Shown here piece after piece: positions 1-10,600 of a stretch of 32,000 nucleotides of DNA (positions within the stretch are counted from its first letter, which is position 1; every line of letters begins with the position of its first letter). The position numbers were made by a program, and so were the translations under genes. Source of the DNA: Candidatus Heimdallarchaeota archaeon B3_Heim (lineage in GTDB: Archaea; Asgardarchaeota; Heimdallarchaeia; Hodarchaeales; Hodarchaeaceae); assembly GCA_003144275.1 (NCBI GenBank), contig NJBF01000004.1, positions 30,001 to 62,000 of the forward strand, in the 5' to 3' direction. Under the pieces are notes generated by a model. That model saw only the letters and a program-made list of their open reading frames with translations, was not told the origin of the DNA and did no database searches.

Positions 1-1680
1 AATGTACCATTTTCCACATTATCAGTGGTATTTAGGATGTAGGTAGCAAAATTAGAAATATCTGCGTAGCTTTCTCCTAGATAGGATCCTCCAATCATTA
101 ATTTGTAACCACTTTCATTCGCAGGTTCATTATAATCAACAACTACGGTAAATGTATGGTCTACGGTAGATTTATTGCTGAGATATAATGTTAAAGTCCC
201 TGTATCATTATAAAGGTAAATGAAATTCGATCCATAGTCATTTATAAGACTAATTTTTACATCACGAGGACCAGAGTTATCAATTCGCGTAACTAAATCA
301 ACGCTATCCGAATTACCACACATATCAAAGATAGTAATTGTTACTAGATTATCAGAAGCATTTTCCGATTGTAAAATGTCATATGATAATTCAAAGTACC
401 CTGAATACGCACTTGTACCTATTCCAGTTTCCTCGAATTCATCCTCACCTGTAGCATTCTTTAAACCCGCACCAAAGTCTGTAGCATTTACACGTATTGT
501 GAAAGATTCAGCCATTACTTGATCATTACTATAGAAGAGAATCTCTTTTGGTGAATCATAATAAAGAAAATCACTCAACTCATCGCCAATAATATCTAAT
601 ATAACAAGACTCACTGGGGCATTATTATCTAGAAACGTGGGTAAAGAGGTTGAATTAATATTACCACAGTTATCATAGAAGAATATAGCTATTTGATCCC
701 CTGTTACAGGGTCACCAGAATTCACTGTATAATTTAATTCATAAAATCCTGCATAGGTGGTATCAAACACATTTGTTTCACCAAGATCATCCTCACCTGT
801 GGCATTTAATATTCCAGAACCACTATCACTTCCAAAAACTCGTATAGTAAATTGCTCATTTAATGCTGGATTAGTATTGGAGAAGTACAGATTTCCACCT
901 GTATAGTGGAGATATTCACTGTTGGCATGACCATTAACAGCTTCAATTGACAATTCTGTTGGACCATCATTATCAATAGTTAGCGTAATATTATCTGTTG
1001 CACTATTCCCGACCATATCATAACCAGAAACTATTAAGTTACCTGTTTCATTTTCATTTTCATTGATGTAATAACCAAGATTATAGTAAGAATCACTTAC
1101 GTAGATTGTCCCTATAGGAGAATCTCCGAAAGCCGTTGCCCCTGTCGCTCTATCACGTCCACTTTGTCCGATACCATCATCAACTGTAACATTCAAAGTG
1201 AATGACGAATTCATACTTTGATCGTTTGAGTAAAACAGCGTTCCACCACTATAGTGAAGAAGCCAAGAATTTTCTGTTAACGTAGTGATGTTAACTATTG
1301 GTGCACTATCATCTCGGTATATTTCAAAGATAGTGCTTCCGTTGTTACCTACAAGATCTGATATTGTTACTGTATACGAACCATTTGCCGTAGCTGTGGG
1401 AGAGAATGAGTACTGATGATCCCAGATTAATTGATGACTATCCCCAGCTCCTGCAGTAGTATTATACCCTCCATCTGTACTGAAAATATCTGGGAAAAAG
1501 CTAACATTTAGACCTGCATCAAGATTTGCATGAGTTTCTTGACCATCTATTTTAACAGTAAACGCACGGGTTCCTGATCCAACATTAGAGTAATAGATTA
1601 AAGTAGTTGATGCATTATACAGATATTCAGGTAATAAATCTTCTGCTAGACTAAGTATTGAGACTTCTGGATCATAATTA
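1..1680 (-). repeat. About 5 divergent intragenic Ig-like units (~110-116 aa)
   Basis: Units such as SEYLHYTGGNLYFSN...NATGEDD...YDNCGN and SDFLYYDSPKEILFYSN...NATGEDE...FDMCGN; CCTCACCTGT recurs at 443 and 791 (348-nt period). Confidence 0.7.
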
Positions 1681-4600
1681 TCTTTTAAAAACGTAACAGT
1701 AGCTGTTATTTGATTTCCGACATTATCCGTTGAAGTAATTACAATATCAGTTTCTGGGCCAGTCTGTTCAGAATCAGTTCCATGAATAAAGTATGAGGCA
1801 CTCCAGATAGTACCAGGAGTATTATTATTTGGAGAATCACCAAAATGAGATGTGAAATTAACAGTAAGTAACCCAGAGGGAAAATCATTTGATGTTCCGC
1901 TGATATTAATCTGGACAGGAACACCGCCCATATTATCACTAAAGAAAAAATAGTCTCCTGCAGGAGTAATGTAAACAAAAAGACTGTCGGAAATATCCTC
2001 AATAAGGGGAGTGCTTATTGTAGGATCAACATTATCCACAATAAAATCAAAAGTATCCGAAAAATAATTTCCTACTAGATCGATAGCTGTAAATGTAATT
2101 GTGAGGTTATTATACGAAGAATCGGTAGCTGTAATATCATAATCGAATGTCCACGCTTCTAACGAGCCCCCACGTGCAGGATTCCCTCCAAAGTTCGTAT
2201 CATCATCAATGGTATCTAATCCAACGTATGCATCACTAGCTGTTCCTCCTATAATAAATGCATCTGGAGTACCACCCATATTATCTGAATAGTAGCCATA
2301 ACTTGAACTTCCATCATAATACAGGAAAACCGACGATTCACTAGTTGAACTTGAACTAAATTCAATAGTGGGATTTGCATTATCCTCCTTGAATTCAAAC
2401 ATAACTGTATCAGTATTACCCACGTTATCGGTAGCGGTATATGTCACATTGAAAGTATCATAAGAGGAATCAGCCGAAGTTATGTTATAACCAAACGACC
2501 ATATAGTACCCCCACCACCATCTAAAGGATTCTCTCCAAAGTTCGTATCATCAGTTACTGAGGCTATGCCTGAACCCGTATCTGTAACAGATCCTGCGAC
2601 AAAAAATGGATTTGCAGTTCCTCCCATATTATCAGAATAATATCCAAAAGCAGAGCTTGAATCATAATAAAGGTAATCTGAGGATTCAAAAGTAAAACCT
2701 GAATTATGTTCTATAGAAGGACTAACAAAGTCATATCGAAATTCAAATGTGGTCGTTCCGTTTAATAAACCAGAGTTGTAACCAATAAAGGTGACAACAA
2801 ATGTCCCGTAAGATGGCCCATCATTTTGATCAATTTTGTATGTAAAACTCCAGGAGTCATTTACACCACTCAATGACTTGTTAGTAGGATCATTTCCAAA
2901 GGAAGTTGAATCGTTTACTGATATCATTCCCGCTGATGAATTGGCATATCCACTTATCGTGAAATTAATTAGACTTGCTCCCATTTTGTTCCCATAATAG
3001 CCATAAGAAGAGCTACCATCATAGTAGACGAATGGTCCATTAGCAACAATCGAAGTTATCACAACTGTGACATCCTCTGGGAATTCTACAACGGTTATGT
3101 TCCATTCTTGATAATTACCATTATTCGATAGTAAGCGAAGTACAAAATTTCCTTTTAGACTATTGAAATAACTAAAGCCATCAGTAGCATTTAATCCACT
3201 TATGGTTTGATTAAAAGTAGGAGTAAATAGGCTATTAATATCCCAGATTATCTTCCAGAAACTTGAACTTCCAATTGTACTCGAACCGTTATTAAATATA
3301 GTTATGTTCAAGTAATCATCTTTGTCAGATCTTATGTAAAGCTTGTTCTCAGTTTCATTAATTAATGCAAAATATCCACTACTAGCTCTATCCCAATCTA
3401 AATCAAATTTTTCTGGAGAGTTGGTGTCTACAATTACCCAGTCTGCATACGTGGTACCATTGTTTCCCACGTTATCCCTAGCAACCATACTTACTGTATG
3501 ATTAATTTCTGACAGGCTGTACGGTTTTATAAGAATACTCTCCCATGTAACTACAGGTCCATCCAACCCAAACCCAGTATGATTAACTGGTAATCCTGAT
3601 CCTGAACCATCTGTTATTGTACCTGTGACATTAAAATCAACGCTTGTATCATCATAGTAATTAGTATTCGGTGTATACCCCCAACTTGTCGCTGTATCGG
3701 GAATTAATAGGAGAGAGTATCCACTAGGGCCTGTGATATCTCGATCGATCGTTAAAGTCACAATATCATAATTACCTAACAAATCGAATACCGTGATTAT
3801 GATATCACTAGTGTTTGTATCTGAGGATGTGATACCTCCTACTTCAACAAAATAAGTTGGATTAATTCCTTCGGTGGTATTTGCAGAATTAGACCCTAAA
3901 TTATCCGAAGCAATAGCAGAACTTAAATTCACTCCTTCATCAGAAGCATTTATTCCAACTAAGAACGACTGTGGGGAGACCATCCTTTCTCCATACCAAA
4001 GGATTGAACCCACTGAATCCCAATATAGGAAATCAGAGGTTTCAATTACATAGTCAGTTAAATGATAGAAGTCTACTGATGGAACAGTATCATCTAACTT
4101 GATTTGATACTCACCAGTGAATGAAGAGTTGATATGACCTGCCTTATCCGTAATTGTTAGGCTAATAGCATAAGTTCCATCTGTTTTCCCACTGATACTA
4201 AGACTGGAATTGAAAGGTGAAGTTTGCCCTTGTCCAGCTCCTGTTGCAGAGATTCCCCCAGTTACTGATACAGAGATTGAAAACACATTAGTCTCAACGA
4301 AATTTATTTGATAGGTTGCACTGGCTGTAGATCCTTGATCAAACCAATTTGGAGAATAACCTTCATTTGTAAAATCAGCTGTAATCGAAGCAGGCGGAGT
4401 TTCATCTACATAACCGATACCAGATCGTACAGTCCCATTATTCCCCACCTTGTCAATAGGTTTTACATAAAATGTGTAACTTGGCCCACTTCCTAAATCA
4501 CCAGGATAAGTAAATCCAGGAGAGGTATATTCGAAGGAATGATACGAATCAGGCGTGCTATCCCCTTCTTCTACAAAAAAACCATTATTTCCTGATCCAC

Positions 4601-7600
4601 TATCTGTAATCGCAGAGGGAGTAATATTAATTCCAATTCCATCTTTATCCCAATCCTCGACATATGCACTGTCTCCCAAAACGGTTATTGAGGCCATGGA
4701 GGGGTTAGTTGTATCGGCAGTTGTAAAAATTGTAATACGATTCCGAATTCCACACCTATTGACAATATCTATCCATAAATCTCCTTCCGAGGTTCCATTT
4801 GTCCAATAGTTAGAGGATTGATACGGGGCAGAGGAATCATTATAATTACTTACAAGTCCCCAACCTGCTTCGAAAATTACAAACCACCCAATATTTCCAT
4901 CTTGCCAATTAGCTGCTCCATCGGCATCAACGTTTATTGTCCAAGTATCAGGGATTTCTGTGTTGAGATAGAGTGTTCCACTAGTAATATCAGAAGCACT
5001 AACAATATAAACATAGTTGTGAGCTCCTGGAGCCCAAGCTGCGGCTCCAATTACATCGATATCAAAACCACTTGGTGCCGTAACTCCATAATAGATGTCG
5101 ACATTCGAGGCTGTTTCATTAACATTACCCACATTGTCTTCAAACCGATACCAAATTGTATTATTTGAATCAGCAGTAAGCGTACAAGGAACATTGGTAC
5201 CAGAGACGATTGAACTACCATATGATCCAGAATCACTTTTGATTTGAACAGAATAGATACCAGATCCTGACTCCGTAAAGGAAATATCTGCTGTAAAGTC
5301 TGATTGATCGTAAAAGGCTTCGGTTGAACTAATAGAAGAACTATAGGGGAAATATCCGTCTCCGTTACTATCAGTTGTATCTGAATCTACAGTAATAGAA
5401 TCAAGGGAGGGAGCAGTAGAATCTTCAGTAATTGTAATAGTTACTGTCTGAGATCTTCCCGCATAATCAATTATCAAGACGTTAATAGATGTCCCACTAT
5501 CAGTGCTATTGATATCATAATCAATCACTCGTCTATATGGAGAGCTAATATCTTCTTCTTGGGATTCTCCAAAAGCAGCAGGAAACCTAATTTTCCAGAA
5601 ATTTAACTCGGTTCCTGTGGATATTTCAACATCAAATTCAAGGTTGTCGAAACCTCCATTGAAATAAAGTAGAGTATTACTGTCATTGTACAAATATTGT
5701 CCATTACTAATCTCATAAAGTGTTGAGGTATAGCCTATTGGGTTTGTTAAGTCGACTGTTACGCTAATAGAATCAAGGTTAGTTGCATTATTCCCTACAT
5801 TATCCCGAACTTGGACATATATCGTTTGAATGCCTTCAGGTACTCCTGTAACAGTGGATCCTCCAGCTACCCAAGAATCATACAACCCTCCATCGTATTT
5901 ATAAGAGTACGGAAGAGAATTAACTCCACTTCCACCATCATTAGCACTCCCTATAACAATTAAATCAGTAGAATTGTCGTCATAATAATCTGTGTTAGGA
6001 TCAATTCCATTTGCGACTGAATCTGTATCAGCAGTCAAAATCAGATTTAATGATCCTAACGTAGGAGCAGTAGAATCTTCAATAACTGTGATAGTGATTG
6101 TTTGAGATCTCCCTGCATAATCAATTATTGAAATATCAATTGTTGTACCACTATCAGTGTTATCAATATCATAATCGGTTGTTCTTCGATATGGGGAAAT
6201 TGTAAGTTCTTCTTGTAATTCACCAAATGCGGCAGGTTGACGAACCTTCCAAAAGTTGCTTTCAGTACCAGCAATTATCTCAATATCAAATTCTAAATTA
6301 TTTTGAGCTCCATTAAAGTAAATTAATTCCCCTGTTGCATTAAACAAATACTCTGGATTATTGGTTTCATGTAATATTGAGGTATAGCCCACTGGATCAG
6401 TTAAATCAACGATTACTCCAATAGAATCAAGTTGAGTGGCATTATTACCTACATTATCTCGAACTTGTACATAAATTGTACGAGGACCTTCTGGGACAGA
6501 ATTAACTGTTGCACCCCCACTTACCCATGAACTATAATTTCCCCCATCATATTTGTAGGAATACAAGGAGGAGGGAAGACCACTATCACTATCCACTGGT
6601 GTTCCGCTAAGTGTAACATCAACTGAGTCGTCATCATAATATCCAGTATCAGGATTAATTCCATTTGCTCCTGAATTTGTATCAGCGGTCAAGATCAGAT
6701 TTAAAGTTCCCAATATAGGAAGAATTGAATCTTCCACAACTGATATCGTGATATTCTGAATCCTTCCTGCCTTATCAATTATTATGATATCAATCGTCGT
6801 ATCAGTATCAGTATTATTAATCTCATAATCAGTCGTTCTTCGATATGGGGAAACTGTAAGTTCCTCTTGGAATTCTCCAAATGCAGTAGGTTGACGAACT
6901 TTCCAAAAATTTATCTCTGTTCCACCAAAAACCCCTATATCAAAATTAAGGTCACTTTGTGCTCCATTAAAGTAAATTAATGTTCCACTGCCATCCTCAT
7001 GAAGGTATTGAACATTAATAGTCTCATAGATCGAAGTAGTAAATCCAGTAGGATCAGTTAAGTCCACAACTACCCATTGAGAGGTAAGGTCAGGAGCAAT
7101 ATTGCCTACATTATCAATCACACGAACATAGATAGTTCTGTTCCCTTCAGGAACAGAATTAAGTGTTGTTCCGTTACTTACCCATGATCCATATATCCCA
7201 CCATCATATTTGTAGGAAAATCGAATGGTTGGTAGACCACTCCCTCCATCATTAGGAACTCCTGTGACATAAACATCAACAGTTTGATCATCATCAAATT
7301 GTGTAACAGGATCTATCCCATCTCCTCCATCGTCTGTATCTACTAGAATGTCGATACTCAGCGTACCTTGATCAGGAGGAGTCGTATCCTCTATAACATT
7401 TACTGTAATAGTTTGGGTACGTCCAGCATGATCAATGACTAATACATCAATTGTAATTCCAATATCAGTGCTATCAATATTATAATCAATTATTCTTTCG
7501 TAAGGAATGGAAGAATCTTCCTCTTCAGATTCCCCGAAAGCAGAAGGAAAACGTACTTTCCAAAAATTGGTATCAGAGCCTCCACTCACCTTAATATCGA

Positions 7601-10600
7601 ATCCAAGATCATTGTTTGCACCATTAAAGTAAATTAATTCCCCTGTTTCATTATACAAATACTCAAGATTATTGGTTTCGTAAATAGCTGATGTAAATCC
7701 TGTCGGATCAGATAAATCCACTTCTACACCCACAGAAGCAATACTGTCGTTGATATTTCCCACATTATCCCTTATTTGCAAATAGATTGTACGAGATCCT
7801 TCAGGGACATCTGTAAGAGTGTAACCACTACTAACCCAAGCGTTGTATACACCACCATCGTATTTATATGAATAACTCAGGGTAGGAAAACCGCTTCCGG
7901 TATCAGTAGGTACTCCCGAGACGGTTACTTCTGTAGAATTGTCATCATAATACCCCGTATCAGGCTCGATACTATTTCCTACCGAATCGGTATCAGCTGT
8001 TAAGTCAAGAGTTAAGGTACCTAGGCTTGGTGCGGTTGAATCCTCCGTCACAGTGATCGTGATCGTTTGCGTCCGACCAGCTTTATCTATAATAAGAATA
8101 TCAATAGAGATTCCACTATCAGTACTATCGATTTCATAATCCACCTCCCGTCTATATGGAGCGGCGGTATCGTTTTCTGCACCATCATTAAATACGTCAG
8201 GGAAATAAACTCTCCAGAAATTTATTTCTGTTCCCGTAGAAATACTTACATCAAAACTAAGATTATCGATTGCACCATTGAAATAAATTAATGTTCCACT
8301 TGCATTGTACAGATGATCAAAATCATTGGTTTCAAGAATTGTTGATGCAAATCCTGAAGGGTTGGTTAAATCTACTGTTACGAGTTTCCAATCCAATTCG
8401 GCAAAATTCCCTACCCTGTCTCGAACACGAATTGTGATATTCTGATCTACACCTTCTGGTACAGTTAACGTGGTTCCACCGCTAACCCATGATCCATATG
8501 ATCCCCCGATATATTTATATGAATAAGGAGTCGGGTTCACTCCGCTATCGTTTACTGCGCCATCAGATGCTGAACCTGTTACCGTTACACTGACTAAATC
8601 ATTATCGTAATAACCTATTTCTGGATCGATTCCATTAAGAACTGTATCAGTATCGGCTATTATTTCTAGATTTAAATCTCCAAGAGTGGGAGCATTAGAA
8701 TCTTCAATCACATCAACTGATTTGTTACGAACATTTCCTGCATAATCAAGTACTAATACATCGATTCTTGTTCCGATATCTGTACTGTTAACCGTATATA
8801 TTCTCTCGTAATCAGAAGTACTATCATTTACCTGGGATTCACCAAAAGCTTCAGGGAAATATACCATCCAGAAATTTGGATCGGCAGTATTTTCATTTAT
8901 TCGGATCCTGAATTCTGTACCATCTTCATTGCCATTGAAATAGACAGTACTTCCTCCGATGAAATATAAGTAATCGAAATTTACCATCCAGGATAATTGA
9001 GATGAATATCCAATGTCACTGGGGGCAGTAGTATCAACTACAACATTTACTGAATCAAGATCTGTGGCATTATTACCGCAATTATCTCGTACCCGTACAT
9101 ATATTGTACGAGAGCCTTCAGTCACGGATGTTAAAGTATTACTTGTGCCCAACCAAGTGGTTCCATATGATCCAAGATCTGTTCGATACAGATACTTCAA
9201 AGTTTGAGTTGCTCCACTTCCACTATCCGAGGGTGTTCCAGATATAATCACATCTACAGAATCATCATCGTAATATCCTAGTTCTGGATTAAAACCATCT
9301 GCTCCGTCATCTGTGTCCTCAATTAACTGTAAATCCAATGATCCAATTGTTGGATTATCATTATCTCTCATGAACTGGAATATAACTGAATTAGTGTTGT
9401 CAACCAGGTCAGTTACAATTAAAGTAATTGTAATTGTAGCTCCGATACTGGAGTCATCAGAATTGATTTCAAATTCAAACAACCATGAGTTATTAGTACC
9501 GGAATTATCTGGATTTTCTCCAAAGGCAGGAATATCATGAGTAATGGATTTTAAACCTACTCCATCACTTGAATCATTAGCTGTGCCAGTTACATTAAAC
9601 GGGGTTAGCGTAGAACCCATATTATCGGAAAAATAACCAAAAGCATTGATTCCATCATAATATAAGTAATCAGAGTCTTCATTGGTTGCACTCGGATTAT
9701 GTGTTATATAAGGAGCCTCATTATCCCACCCAATATCAGGAAGGGAGGCGGAAATACTCACTTCTGTTCCATATTCATTATTTGCTCCAATAATTGCTGA
9801 ACCAACAGTGATGTTATCACGTAATTGAACTGTCCCTAAAGCGGGATTTTCCTCCACATCATTTCGAATCAAAACTGATGTTGGTCCATAAATCTCAGAA
9901 TTTCCTATATATCCAACATTGACTTCACCAGTGTAGGGATTTCCTGTATAATCCCATTCAGCAGTAATAGTAATAGTAAAGGCATCACCGGAAGCATCAT
10001 TATCCTCCCAATAACGTGTACCATTATAAGCATAGGCGGATATGGTGATTGCTGTAATTTCTACTCGATCGACAGCTACACTAGTATTAGTGTTTGTGAA
10101 TGATTGGATTAACCCATCTCCCGCTAAATCAACTCTCGGATAGTACGTATAATTACTAATCGAAACTTCTGAATTTGCAGATACATTGAATGAAGAAACA
10201 CTATCTACTAAACTAGTGACATTTTGTGGACCTGACTCGACCCGATAAATTGAAACTTGATCGATCTGGGAATCTGGTACAGGAATAATAGTTCCATTAT
10301 AGTAAATATTCCCAGTAAAATAGAGATCAGTTGAATAATTCGGATTAATAAAATGATCATCAACCGTGAAAGAAGAGACTTGTATCTCGTGATTGAAGTT
10401 GTATGTTGTCGCTCCTGAGTCTCCCAAATTATTTGTTCCTGAAGTATCATTGGTAAATGCTCCTAATTGAATATTTACTCCATTCGGAAAATCCCAATCT
10501 GTTAAAATGCGAAAGTTGACCGTTAATGACTTCCCTGTACGTGTGGGGGATGGATTTGCTGGATCAATTATGAAGTGATCACCGTTGTCAGTGATTTCTG

